From positions 200,694,001-200,758,000 of the forward strand of contig NC_067403.1 of the NCBI RefSeq assembly GCF_016432865.1: a stretch of DNA of 64,000 nucleotides. Reading direction: 5' to 3'. Below are positions 13,901 to 26,942 of the stretch, in pieces. Position 1 is the stretch's first letter. Every line of letters begins with the position of its first letter. A model generated the notes under the pieces. It saw only the letters and a program-made list of their open reading frames with translations, was not told where the DNA came from and made no database searches. The stretch is from Antechinus flavipes (taxonomy: Eukaryota). Both the position numbers and the translations under genes were made by a program.

Positions 13901-16900
13901 CTGTGGGCGGCCCTCTGACCTTGGTGAGGACATTGTGGGAGCAGCATGGGAGAGGGCTTCGTGATGTGTGGCTCCGAAATGGTGAGGGGGTCACCGTTTA
14001 ATAAAAAAAGCTGAAGAGATCTCTAGAAGCAAAGCAAAATTTATTATGTCTTCCGTCCCACCTGTTGAGCAGGCAATCGAAGGGAGGAGGCACCTTCTGG
14101 TTGTGGGGTTAATACTTAAATCCCTAATGTAAATACCTCTCCCACCACTGACCCTCATCCTCATTGGCTGAGAGTCTTACACTCTAAATGCGGGAACTAC
14201 CCTAGAAATTGAACTTGACCAATAAGTACATAGTTTTCTGTATTTGATTGAAATAGGGAGAAAATGATGTCATGGGAGTATAGCAGGAAAGGGACTTAAT
14301 TATGCCCTTAGGCCTACTCCAACTCTGAAGTAGATGAAGCCTTATTCTATTTTCACAACTGTCTTGAGAGAGCTCACCTCATCTCATTCAGTGGGGAGTA
14401 GTACTGGGCTTTTTAAAGATCAGGCAGGGAAGAAAAGGAGACAGAGGAGTGAAGATGACCCTCATGACCAGAGGCCAGGCAGGAGTCAGACTGGACCCCC
14501 ATAAATAAAGGGATTCTGACTTAACTAGCACAAGAGCTTCCTCAAGTCTTTCTCCACTCTAATCTGTTCTCCACAGAGTGATTAAAACAATTTTCCTAAA
14601 CTACAGGTCTCTTCTGACAGGTCTCTCCCCCACTCAATAATTCCACTGGCTCTTCTTTAATACAAGATATCACCAAATACAAAGTCTTAAAGCTTAAAAT
14701 CGCCTTCAGACTGAGGACACCCTGAATGGGAACATGGTGTCCCTCTACCCACTCTGCCTACTGGCTGTCCAAGGTCGCTCAGTCAACAAGCACTTAGCAC
14801 AGGGCTTGGCACACGGTAGATAATGGTCTACTTTGTGTGTCCTGTCCTGCGCTAAGCCCTGGGGACAACTGTCCTTGCTCTCAAGGAGCTCAAAACCTAA
14901 TGTCGGTGTGTATGAAAGTGTGGCTTCTTTGTATGTTTCGAATACACACACATTTGTTTTCCCCATTAGAATATAAGTTCATTGAGGCAGGGATGGTTTT
15001 GTTTTTGTCTTTCTGGCACCTAGCATATAAATACTTGGCACATAAGTATATGGTGATTGATTTGATTCAGGACATAATAGACATAGTAGAGAGACTACTG
15101 AGCTTGAAATCAGAAAGATTGTTCAAACCCCAGCTCTGAAGCTGCAAGCTACTTGGGACTTGTCTCCTAATTTGGAGAATGAGAGTGAAGATACTCACAA
15201 CATATATCCTGGGGTTATTGTAAGGCTTAAATGAGATATATACAAAGCACTTTGCAAAATTTTAAGTTCTTGTATAAATGTCAGTTATTACCAACTTAGT
15301 ATTATTAGGCAGAGGGAAAAGATAAATTAGAAGGAGAATGAGTAGTAACAAAAAAGATATGCTTAGTAAAATGTGTAGGGGACAGACCTTGGGGAAACTC
15401 CATCCTACAGGGTCAGGAATAGGACAAGGAAACAGAAAGGAGCAATCTGAGAAATCAGAGAAGGGGCAGCAATGTGATATCCCTAAAGGTAGGACAAGCC
15501 AAATTATCCAATGAGAGAGAAGTGATCGGTAATGTCAAAGGTCTGAGATTAAAGAATTTTCAGAGCCCACTGAATTGGGTGATTAGGAAGTCATTAGAGA
15601 TCTTGGAAAGAAAGGCAGAAAACAGATTTCAAGAGGTTAAAGAGAGTAGGTAAAAAGGCAGTGGACACTTTAGGTATAGAATTTCTTTCTCAAGAAGGTT
15701 AATAGTGAAAGAGGAGGAGGGGAGATAAGAGGAGACCATAACTACATGGGTTAGTAGAATTAAAGAGAAAGCTTTTTAGAATAAGTAGAAAGCAGATAGT
15801 AGAAAGGAAGAAACTGTGGAAGGCACAAGAAAAAGTCAGGCTATTGTTGAATACAAATTCTACAAGACAAAGGTAGGAAATAGGATCAAAGGTATTAGTT
15901 GGGGGTTAACCTTAACCAGGAGAAGGGAACCAGGAGAAAGGGGGAAAAAATTGACCACACTGAGATTGAAGAATAGAGAATGGACAGGAAAATGCCACAC
16001 AATAAAAATACTAATATATATCCCGAATGTTGTTCAATGGTTATGACTAATCTTGACCTGAGAAAAGCGATAAAATGTTCCTTCTTTCCTTGGGTAATGA
16101 GGGATCATCATGCAAGATGCTGGGAAGTGTCAGACACAGTCACAGTGTGGAGTTTGTCTGATCATTTTTTCCTTGTTACCAGGGAAAACTCATTAGGAAG
16201 AGGAAAGGATGGGCAATGTGTCAGAAAATGACCATTTTTTTTTAAATAAAAAGACATCAATAAAATCTTAATTTAAAAAAAAAAAGAGAAGAATTACTGA
16301 GAAGGGGTAAAGGAGAAATATGCTATTGTGCTTACTTGAGAACACATTATACACATATACACACACATGTACACAAACACCAATCCAAGCTTGCCTGGTC
16401 ATATTTATAGAATTCCTATTATTCCAATTCCTTAATTGGTCCACTCCAATTTTCAGCTCTAGCTGTATCTGGATAATTGAGTGTTTTACAGGATGTCTTT
16501 TCACCTTCTGAGAAGAAACTTTGCTAGAACAGTTTTAAAGTAACAAGTTTGTCTTGCTGTAACATTGTAAGGTTCGCCAAGAACTTTTCTCACAATAGTC
16601 CCGTGACTCATGTAGTAAACTGTATATTCAGATAAGAAAACTGTAGCTACAAGTTTAAAGGGTTTGTTGCCCAGGGTCCTGCAACTAACTTCCAAGCCTA
16701 CATCCACATTCTGATTTCTGCCGCTTTTCCTACTATATCGCACTACCTCTAGTCCTCCAACTTTAAATAAAGTCATAGCACATTGAGTTTCCACTACAAT
16801 AAGAAGGAACTGAAAGATTATTTATCGTGATTCAATTATTTGACTGAGGAGGAGACTAAGATGGAGCAGGGGGAAGAGCCTAGTCCAGCATCACAGAGCA

Positions 16901-19867
16901 AGCTGGTGGTCAAGCTGGGCCAAAAGGCCAGCTCTCAGAAATGCCAGTGTGGGCTGCTGGGCTGCCTGTTTTATCTGGGCCGATGGCCCTTGTGTCCCCA
17001 GGAAAAGTGTGCCCAGTACTGGCCGTCCGATGGCTCCGTGTCCTATGGGGATATCACCGTGGAACTCAAGAAGGAGGAGGAGTGTGAGAGCTACACCGTC
17101 CGAGACCTGCTCGTGGCCAACACCAGGGTAAGGGCACTGGGAGAGCAGCAGCTGCGGCAGTGGGGCGGCCTCCGCCTCCAGCCTTCCGTCTGACCCAGTG
17201 TGCTTTTCCTCAAGGAAAACAAGACCCGGCAGATTCGACAGTTCCACTTCCATGGCTGGCCTGAGGTGGGGATTCCCAGCGACGGCAAAGGCATGATCAA
17301 CATCATCGCAGCCGTGCAGAAGCAGCAGCAGCAGTCGGGGAACCACCCCATCACGGTCCACTGCAGGTACCGCTAGTGTCCTCCCCCCCCCCCCCATGCC
17401 CGTGGGTCCCCCCATCCCAGGGGAGGGAGGAGAGGCCGCAGATGGCAGTCAGGAGCAGTCAGAGGAAGGGGGCTTTACCATGTCATCTCTTGGGAGCCTT
17501 AAGGTAACCCCAAGCAAGGTTTCATACCATTTTACAGAGGGGAAGCTTGAGCCTTGGAGATGGATCTGAGTGGGTGGAGCCTCAAGTCTCCCTGAGTTTC
17601 AGTCCCACTCTCTTCATTGCACCACACAGCCTCTGGTGAGGTGACAGCAGGCCTGGACTGGGAACCTTCAGTGTGCTGCACTGGGGAGGTTGTGCAATGG
17701 AACCAGGGTGGCTGGAGACTGGGAAGGGAGAAAGCCCACCTGAGACTCTCACAGGAGCCAGAGATCGGGAAAGCAGTGAGCAGAATCAAAATAGATTTTT
17801 CCCCCTGAGGCAATTGGGATTAAGTGATTTGTTCAGGGTCACACAGCCAGGAAGTGTTAAGTGTCTGAGACCAGATTAGAACTCGGGTCCTCCTGACTTC
17901 AGGGCTGGTGCTCTATCCACTGCATCATCTGGCTGCCCCTGAAATAGATTTTGAAGGGAAAAGTGAAGAGGACTTGGTGAGAAAAAGAAGTTCCTATTAA
18001 GGGAGACTTCAGGGTTTTGAGCCTGAATAACGGGAGGGGCACTGATATGGGGCAAATGATAAATGAAGTTCTGATTATGTTCAGTTTAAGGGGTTATGGT
18101 ACATTGATAATATCACTAATGTCTTCCAGGTACCTCACACTCAATAATTGTCTCATGTAGGATGAGAAATAGATAAGTGGATAGGTAAGGTAGACATAAG
18201 TAAGTTCAGCAAGTCACATGATCTATTTTAGGGAAGGTCTCACCAGCCTTCAGTACAACCTCTGCTTAAACAGGAACCCCCTCTGCTGAGAACATAGCCA
18301 TCCATCCTCAATTTGAAGACCATGTCCATCACCACTCTCCTGCACAGGTGGCCCCTTGTACTCCCTTCACTTTTCCTAGCCCTGGTTCCTGTCATCAGCA
18401 CAGCCAGTGCCCAGAGAGCCCAGGGATTCCTTCCCCAAGGGGAGAGATGATCTAGGCCTAGAGGGTCTGTCAGCAAGGTCTGCAGCATTTAGAAATGTAT
18501 CATTGTTGAGCCGGGGATAGAAATACCAGAATATCTGCTTCTAGCTGGGGGTGTTGTGGGAATCTCAGTCATCGCTTAGGCAAGCCTGTCTCTCTCTGTC
18601 CCTTTTAGTGCTGGTGCAGGAAGAACAGGCACATTCTGTGCTTTGAGCACAGTCCTGGAGAGGGTGAAAGCTGAGGGGATCTTGGATGTCTTCCAGACAG
18701 TGAAGAGCCTGAGGTTACAGAGGCCACACATGGTCCAGACACTGGTATGTCCAGACCTTCTCTCTGCCTCTAGCATCACTGCAATAGGCTTGAGGAACAA
18801 TCGCTGACCACCTCAGGCACGAGACCAGGGAAATAACATGGTCAATGAGAAACACTAGTCAGCAATTTGTCTGTTCACACCATATATTTCTCTATCCCCA
18901 TCCTCCAGGCCTTAGGCCCCTGGCTCCAGCAACAGACTGGCTTGGTCAACAGCAAAAGAATCCATTATTTTTAGGAAGCAATTATATTGTTTCTCTCTTT
19001 GCTTTTTTAAAAATATATTTATTTTAGGCATATTGCTTTTTGAATCATGTTGGGAAAGAGAATCAGAACAAAAGGGGAAAACCATGGGAAAGAGGGAAAA
19101 AAGAAATGAACATAGCATATGTTGATTTACATTCAATCTCCATAGTTCTTTTTCTGGATCCAGATGGCATTTTCTATCCAAAGTCTATTGTTTGAAATTT
19201 GAAAGTCACACTAGAAATCTAGTAGACCTGGGCTGGCCCAGAGGAGCTGAAAATGGATTCCCTTGGCTCTGATTCTTCTTCCTCAGAAACTTTAGATTCC
19301 TTGACCAGCCAACCTGATCACCTTATAAAGAGGGTTTTGTGATCTCAAAATCTAGACCCTCCAAGAGTTCTGGGGGAGAAGATACTATTCACATGCCTGT
19401 TGTGGAAAACATAGGAAATTAGTAAATCCGGTGAATCTGGAAACAAGGAATTGAGATTTTAAAAAACAAAACAAACTGTTCGGGCCCCAGTGGCCCATAG
19501 GAGCTAAAGCTGTGAGCTCTGGGCCCATGTGCCAACTGCTCATTATTCTAATCAAACTGACTCATCTCCACTTGTCTCCTGTTCAGTCCCCAGTCTACAC
19601 ATGGCTTTGCTGTCTGGCCTTTGAAAGGGCCCAGCCAGCATTTCTTTTTCCTCCTGGCTGTTTGCCTTTGAAGATTGCATCTGCTCGATGGGGAGAGATG
19701 AGCAGAGAGTCGGGTTGTATAAGCCAAGAGGGGAATCTGACCCCTTCACTTCCTCTGAGGTGACTTTCATGTTTGCTTCTCCTCCTCCGCAGGAACAGTA
19801 CGAGTTCTGCTACAAGGTGGTACAGGAATACATCGACGCCTTCTCAGATTATGCCAACTTCAAATGA
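5730..19867 (+). CDS. PTPRA: Receptor-type tyrosine-protein phosphatase alpha, 3' part (13 exons, most of D1, all of D2, C-terminus); 5' exons lie upstream of the window
   Basis: GT-AG exons: 5730-5766, 6804-6901, 8871-8990, 9399-9565, 9867-10002, 10325-10474, 11265-11358, 11620-11696, 12198-12332, 17002-17127, 17215-17366, 18609-18744, 19793-19867. They join in frame (1503 nt, 500 aa plus TGA). Translation runs [29 protein letters not shown]..., with D1 WPD loop (SWPDFGVP) and [12 protein letters not shown]2 WPE and [11 protein letters not shown], and ends [10 protein letters not shown], the PTPRA C-terminus with its Grb2-binding tyrosine. Confidence 0.98.
10943..10992. repeat. (CA)n microsatellite
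   Basis: About 25 CA units with one interruption. Confidence 0.95.
12870..13032 (+). mobile_element. WSINE1-type tRNA-derived SINE
   Basis: GCTAGGTAGTGCAGTGGATAGAGCACCAGCCCTGAAGTCAGGAGGACCTGAG...ACTTAACCCCAATTGCCT followed by an A tail. Confidence 0.9.
13965..14532 (-). mobile_element. Solo ERV LTR in a PTPRA intron (antisense)
   Basis: About 570 bp with TG...CA ends. On the minus strand, CCAAT (14162-14167), a TATA-like TTTAAG (about 14114-14119) and AATAAA (about 14041-14046) occur in LTR order. No TSD found. Confidence 0.65.
17800..17941 (-). mobile_element. WSINE1-type SINE with 11-bp TSD AAATAGATTTT
   Basis: Reverse-complement WSINE1 body. TSD at 17789-17799 and 17942-17952. Confidence 0.9.
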
Positions 19868-20060
19868 GAGACGCCGAGGGCCTGTGCTCAGAAGAGTTGC
19901 CTTCTTTAATATTTTGTACCATTCTATTTGTTAATACACCCAGCTCTGTGTATATATCTTACCTGTTTGAGAGGTTGGTACATAGGCTTCCCATTAGCTG
20001 GAGATTTTATATGTAGCTGTGTTAGCGCTGATAGTCTTTTTTCCAATGTTTGATTGGGGA

Positions 20061-20404
20061 ATTAAATAGCGTGCTGTTTGGATTCATATCGTGACACCCT
20101 TTGCTGGAGAGTGGGCCCAGCTGGTGTTTGTTTTGTAAATCTTTTCCTGAGGAAGAAAAGCCTTTTTAACAATATTCATTCCAAGCAAATTCATACAAGA
20201 TGAAGCACAAAATTCTTATTTCACAAGGAAAATGGTTGCACATTTTCCCCTCCAAGGCCCCTCCTACACATTGACTCACTCTTGCCATTGTAAATACCCC
20301 CACCTTTTTTTACCAGAGAAAATTCTCCCCTGGGGAACAAAGGGACCAGGACTGCAGCTGAAGGGTCCTTGCTGCCATCCCACCAGGGCCCACTAGATAA
20401 TAAA
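20061..20404 (+). terminator. PTPRA: Candidate PTPRA polyadenylation signals (ATTAAA 20061-20066; AATAAA 20399-20404)
   Basis: Hexamers 0.2 and 0.5 kb after the stop codon, following a U-rich 3' UTR. Which one is used cannot be determined from sequence. Confidence 0.55.
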
Positions 20405-21079
20405 AAGGCTTTGTCTTCCTGCAGACCCATGACATGTCTGTCCCTCTGTCCTATCTGGGGGGGAGGGCCAGATGCAGGTGGGTGGGGAAGAGGGAATCAA
20501 GAATTTTGTGCTGAGAAAGATGGATGCTAGTGTGCCTCTTGTCATGGGGAGAGGGGACTGAGACCTCCCATCCAACAAGTCCTACCAGCCATACCCCCCG
20601 AAATTCTACCAGCCACTCCTCTCTCTGTGACCCTGACATTGCCAAAGTGTCGGCATCTCCGTTAGCCCTGGTCCTTGAGGAGAAAGAGGATTCAGCTGCA
20701 AGATCTCCAACCACTGAGGACAAGGGGGGCTCAGGAGGACCTTTTGCCAATAGGGATCATGTGGACCTTGAGCACATCCTAGTCCTCCAAGGGCCATTGA
20801 AGGGGTCATTGCTCTTTATCCAAAATCAGCTTGTGTGTGGCCATTTCAATGATGCTGTGGATTCCACTAAGGTGTAAAATGGTCTCTTTTATGTCTGTTG
20901 CATGTATATGGTATGATGGAGGGGGTCGGTTTGGGGGAAGGGAGAGAAGATGCAGCATGTGATTCCCAACTCGAGGGAGACCTGGACTTGCACTCCCGGA
21001 GCAGAACAAACAGCCCACTCCCAGTTCTCTGGATGTCTACAAAGGAGTGCCTGACCTCCCATCTGCTTCACTCCTCTAT

Positions 21080-21420
21080 CTCCTCATTTTTCTCTTCCCC
21101 TTCCTGCCCCTTCTTCCCTTCCTACTATCTCTGTCTCATCTCTCTCTACACTCCCCCTCATCCCTCTCCTCTCTCTGCCCTCCCCTCTTTCTGTCTCTCC
21201 CTCTCAGTGGCTGATGCGCGCTTGCACTCTCTCTCTCTCCTCGCTCTTTTTCTCTTTCTCTTTTTTCTCTCTTCCTCTCTCTTTTTTTTTCTCCCTCTCT
21301 TTATCTCTCCTCTTGCTCCCTTCCTCTTTTTTCTTTCCTTCCTCTTCCCTTCAATAATCATCACCTTTTTCTCTCTTCCTCCTTTTCCCCTTTCTCTTAT
21401 TCCTCTCTCCCTTTCCCCTC
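21080..21420. repeat. CT-rich polypyrimidine low-complexity tract
   Basis: Almost entirely C and T for about 340 nt; it accounts for ORFs 20898..21425 and 21158..21364. Confidence 0.9.
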
Positions 21421-24023
21421 ATTGAATTGAGAATTTATACTTAAATCCTATCTACCTTGTGAGCCCAAGTTTTCCTCATGACCTCTAGGCAGACCCTATG
21501 GCCATAGGGTCTGTTGGATTGCTTTGGTATACCTGCTGCCATCTACAAGGGTCAAGCCTTTTTTGTTCCCTTTCCTCCTCAGTCTGGTTTGAGTGCAAAC
21601 AAATCTTCCCCCAAATCCTCATATACTCAAGTCTTTGCTGGCTCCATACACTGAGGGTTGAAGAAGAATCTCCTCGAAGAGACTGGACACATGAAAGTTC
21701 CAGGAGAAAACAACCAGAGTGTGTTAAATCCTCAAACTAGATATCCTGTATACATAATGACTGCTAGAGATGCTGGTGGCCCATAGGGGTACATCTACAG
21801 AGCCCCCAGTACATCGAGACAAGGGAGAATTAGAGTTTGTGAGCTGGGAAGGGCATGTGGTCAGACTAATGCTTAAAATAATTTTGATTATGTAGCCAAG
21901 ATGGGTTGGCAGACCAGACTGAAAACATGGAAGTCAGTAAGGAGACTGTTTAAATGACCAAGAGTGAAGTGACAAATGAGGGTGTGACAAGGAAGGAGAA
22001 GGTGGAGGTCAAACTTCAAAAGAACATTAAAACAAGGAAATTGGGGTGGTTTTTTTTGGAGGGGAGAGAGGACTTGGAATAGACGATGACTAATATTCTA
22101 AGTCAAGAAAAACAAGGAAGTAGAGGAAGATCCAGTTTGTAAAAGAAAATTGAATTCAATTTTTAAACATTGCAAGTATAAGGTGATGGTAGGACATCCA
22201 AGTAAAAATAATTTAAAAAATATTTGGGGAAATGTAGGGTCTGGAGCTCAGTGAAAATGTCAAGACTGACATTTTTCCAAGGGAGAGTTGGAAGAGGATA
22301 AGAAGCCAGCAAAGAAAGAATAGGATGCAGTCTCAGAAATTTTAATGGAATAAAAGCATCTGAAAAAAGCCAGAGTGGAGCCAAAGGGTTCCAGAAAAGA
22401 TAGCTCCAATAGTCAAAGATAGAATGGCTGGAGAAAGATTCAAAAGTCTATGAAGACATGCTGAGGAAGAGCAAGAGAGTGATGGTGGCCTTGTCTTCCA
22501 AATTAGAGTACACCTTAGAAAGGGCATCTCTCCAAGCTTGAAAAAATTTAAGACCGGTTGAGGAAGCTGTATCCTTTTTGCCCTGTCTCTAAACATAGCT
22601 CCCTTTTCCTTACACAGAGCTGAAATCTGCTTTTGTAAAGCTTCCCCCTTTCCTGCTAGATCACTCTCTGAAGCCAGACCTAATTTCATTGTCAACACTC
22701 ATCCAAGTACTTAAAAGAGAGCCTTCACCTACCCCCTGAATCACCTCTGTAAACTAAACATTCCTAGTTCCTCTATTGATCCTGGTAGAAGTTTTCACTT
22801 CCTCCTTTTCTTCTGAGCACTTGTCGACATCCTTACTTGTGTGATGGTCAAAATAGAATATAGTGTAGCAGATGTGCTTAAACTAGGGTGGGGGCCTGGA
22901 GGTGATCATGAGATCTCAAATATTTTGCAGGTACAAAAAGTAAGATAATTTTACCCAAAAATTGGCAAAAGTTGTAGAGCTGGAGAGATAGGCATTAGTG
23001 AATTAGAGGAGGGGACAAAATGGAGGTGCCATTAAGTAGGTCAGTAAGCATTAAGGTAGCTGAGTAGGGGAGTTGGGAACATTCATTTAATTAAGTTCAA
23101 ATCTGACCTCAGATAATTAGCAAGTCACTTGACCCTATTTGCCTTAATTTCCTGAGGAGGAAATGGCAGTACCTTAGCCCAAAAAAACTACATGGGGCCA
23201 TGAAGTCAGACATGCAGATGGGACACAAAGAGAGGCAAAAGACATCTCACAGTTTCACTGGGGAAACAACATGAACATATAAACGTGTTTTTGAGAGAAA
23301 AACAGAAGAAAGTCGCTAGAATTAAGAGGGACTGGGAGGCCAGGAGGTGGAGATGAGAAGAGAGAGCCTCCCGGGCACGGGAGACAAAATGGTGCCTTAT
23401 CCTAGTTAATGGCCAAGAGATGGGCACCACTGGATCAGAGAGAACATGGCAGTATGTAAGGGCTAAGAAGACTAGAAGCGTTGGCCATGAAGGGCTTTGA
23501 ACACCCAACAGAAGGCTTGATCTTTCATTCTGGAGCTTATTGAGGAGGAGATGATGTGGCCGGGCCTGTGGTTTTAGAAAAATCACTTTGGTGACTGGGT
23601 GGGAGCAAGGAGAAGCGGGGCAGGCAGACCCAGCGGCAGCTATGACAGTAATGCAGTGTGGCAGGAGGGAAGGGGGCTGCAAGGTGAAATCCACAGCTCC
23701 CGGCAAAGGCGTGGATATGGCGGGCTGAGCCATAATCCAAAGTCGGGGGTGACCCCTGGGTTGTGAGACAGCTGAGAAAGGCAGTTTGGGCACAGTCAGG
23801 GCTCTGAAGTCTCTTCTACCTCTGATTTTGTGACTCTCCTCCTTGTTCTGGACACGGCCCATTTAAATAGTTTATTTTCTTGGGATGCCGTGTCTCACTG
23901 TTAACTGAAGTTTTGTAGTTAATTTTTTGAGCCCAAGTAGAAAGGTTTTTGATCTAAGTAATAAACTAAAGCCAGGGGAGGAGGGGAGGAAGAAGGGGGT
24001 AAAAGAATAAATAAAAACTAAAG

Positions 24024-24215
24024 CAAGGCTTCTTAAGCTTTTTCCATTTGCAACTCCTTCTTGCCCTGGAAATTTTTACATGATCCAAGGTATATAGGTA
24101 TATAAAACAAATACACAAATAAAACATTTGCTAATAATTAATCATAATTTCATCACCCCCACATTCAGTTATTCAGCCTCATATGGGATCACAAACCACA
24201 GTTTGAGAAGCTTTG
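24024..24215 (+). mobile_element. Non-autonomous hAT-Charlie-like MITE
   Basis: Imperfect TIRs CAAGGCTTCTTAAGC and GTTTGAGAAGCTTTG, with degenerate 8-bp TSD AACTAAAG/AATTAGAG resembling the Charlie target consensus. Confidence 0.7.
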
Positions 24216-24859
24216 AATTAGAGGAAGCTAGGATGGATGGCATATAGGCTATTTCTCTGTGTGCCTATTAAAGCTTAACACTGTACTGTCTTTTGAGACA
24301 CCCTCTTTAAATATATTCCCCAAAAAGGCTTAAGAAAATTCACATTGCAACAGTCAATTACAATGGTGGATAGAATTTTATACTTGCATCAAAAAGACCT
24401 GAGTTCAAATCCTCATTCAAACATTAGCTGTTGCCTGATCATGTCACTTAGCCTCTCTGTGTCTCAGTTTCCTCATCTGTAGAATGAAAAAGTTTTCTCA
24501 CTCATTAGTGATCTTTAGGGTAAAACAATAGCCCAAAGGAGTTAAAACACAAGGGGAATAAAATAATATGAGATCATTTCTTTACCCTTGAATTCAAGTC
24601 ATCAGGCACAGACAAACCATATCCTAAGATACTGAAAGGGGTGTCAGGGATGATTGCTAAGCCACTTGTAATTTTTGAATGCTCTTAGCAGATAGGAAAG
24701 GCTATTAAAGTCAATAAAAAAGTAAGTAAAGAGTAAATAAAACTTCATTTAAAAAAAGAAAAAAAGGAGTCTGCCAGCAGTATACAGTAGATTTAAGTTT
24801 CCAACAAAATTCTGAAGTATTTTATTAGTAAAGGAATGGTTACCAAACATCTGGGAAAG

Positions 24860-25760
24860 GGAGCAATATTCACAAAGCATGACATCATCAAGAACAGATG
24901 AAATTCATTTCCCCTTTTTAACCAAGTTCCTATCAGATCAGGAAAAAGTTATAGGGCTTAGATTTTAGCAAAGCCTCACATTATACTTACAGACAAGATA
25001 AAGATTTGCATAAAAGTGTAATTAGGCAGATTCTGGGCTGGCTGTCAGCTTGGGAGGAAGTTTTTAGGAATGTCCTGCTTTTAGCCTTGTGCTCTTTAAA
25101 TTACATTATTATTGATGACGGGTCAAGTCAGAGAGAGCATGCTTAGCAGATTGTAGATGATACAAAACTGGGAGGGATAACTAACACACTAGATGACAAA
25201 AGTAGGATCCCAAAAGATCTTAGGCTAGAATGTCAAACAAAAGCTAATTTGAAATGAAATTGAATAAAGATTAAAATAAAATTCACAAGTACAAGATTAA
25301 GGAGTTTTTACTAAACAGCAGTTTTTTGGGAAACTGATCTGAGAGTTTTAGTGTACTTCAAGCTTATCTATCAGTCAATAGTGTGAATGGCATCCAAAAA
25401 GAAAGAGAGGAGGGAAGAAAGAAAGAAAAAGAATGGGAGCTGGACTTTGAAAGAGGCATAATTTCCTGGAATAAGGAGCTGATAGTTTATATACTCTTTC
25501 CTAGTCCAATCATAGCTGAAGTATTGGGGTTAGTTCTTGGCCCCAAAATGGCATCACGTTTTGGGAGGAATCTTGAGAGTTGGAGGATAAATAGGATGTT
25601 GACAGACCATTCCATGCAAAGACCTGGTGAAGAATTTAGGATATTTAATCTGGAAAAAGAAAGTCTTAGAGAATGACACAATAGCTTCTTTTTTGGACTA
25701 TCATATGAAAGAGAACTTATATTTTTAGCAGAACTAAGCATATGTAGAAGGTTTAGGAGT
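24860..25760 (+). mobile_element. Degenerate CR1/L3 LINE (RT region)
   Basis: Motifs such as GCATGACATCATCAAGAACAG, AGATTTTAGCAAAGC and GCAGATGATACAAAACTGGGAGGGATA are typical of CR1 RT; many stops. Confidence 0.7.
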
Positions 25761-26783
25761 TCAAATCTCAGTTTAATATAAGGAAACATTTCTGAACTGA
25801 GCTATCTTTTTAAAAATTGAATAAGCACTTGGAATGATAATGGGTTCCTTCTTAAGTGAGGTCTCTATAAACATTTGTAGGTATTATAGAAGGGAACAGG
25901 GGTTCAGGCAGAGGTTGGAATATATGGCCATTAAGATCAATCAACAGTATTTTTAAAGCACCTTCTATGTTCCAGGCCCAATAGTAAACCCTGGGAGTAC
26001 AAGTACAAAAGATGAAACAATACCTACTCACAAGAAGCTTATATTCTAATGGAGGAGACAACTATATAAAATACAAGGTAAATATCAAGTGATAAATATA
26101 TACAAAATTCAATACAAGGAAGCTTGGGAGAGGGAAAACTAGCATTGGATCCAGGAAAGACTTCATACAGAGGATAAGATGAGCTGCATCTTAAAGGAAA
26201 AAGACTTTAAGAAGCAAAGATTAAGGAGGGAGTACATGGGATGATGGCCAGTGGTACCAAAATAGGAAATGGCCAGGTTGGCTAGATCAGAGTTTGAGAA
26301 GGAGTAATATCCAGTGGGATGGATATGTTGGGACTAGATTGTCTAGAGCTTTAAAAGCTAAATAGGTTATATTTCATTCTAAAAATAGTAGGAAAGCAAC
26401 ATAATTGAGTAAGGGTCAGAACCACATTTAAAATAATTGTGTGCCTTGTGTAGGATAGCCTGGAATAGGGATTTGAGATAGGGAGGACAACTAGAAGGTT
26501 GTGACAATGAGTAGTGAGAACTTGAATGAAGGTGAGTGGAGAGATAGGGTCAGATAGAAGAAGTGTTATGAATGTAGAAATGACAAGATTCGGCATCTGA
26601 CTAGATATATAGGATGAGGGAGACTAAGCATTCAGGATAGTGCTGAAATCATGAACTTGAGACACTGGAAGGATGCTGTTTCCTTCTGAGGAAATAAGGA
26701 AAAGAGAGAGCTTAAAAGAAAACACAGTGGTTTCCATTTTAGATATATTGGGTTTATGATAGCTTTGAAAAAGGTAGTTTGTT

Positions 26784-26942
26784 GGGGCAGCTAAGTGGCG
26801 CAGTGAATAGAGCACCAGCCCTGAAAGCAGAAGGACCTGAGTTCAAATCTGATCTCAGACACTTAACACTTCCTATTTGTGTGACCCTGGGCAACTCACT
26901 TATCCCCAATTGCCTCAGCCAAAAAAAAAAGAAAAAAAAAAG
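26784..26942 (+). mobile_element. WSINE1-type SINE inserted in an L2 fragment
   Basis: GGGGCAGCTAAGTGGCGCAGTGAATAGAGCACCAGCCCTGAAAG...CCCCAATTGCCTCAGCC followed by a poly-A tail. Confidence 0.9.

Noticed and set aside
17215-18744. WPE in place of WPD, and KNRV in place of KNRY, in the second phosphatase domain
   Set aside because: These are well-known features of PTPRA D2, not lineage-specific.
20524-20877. 117-aa ORF after the PTPRA 3' end
   Set aside because: No recognisable domain or splice context; the length is compatible with chance at this GC level.
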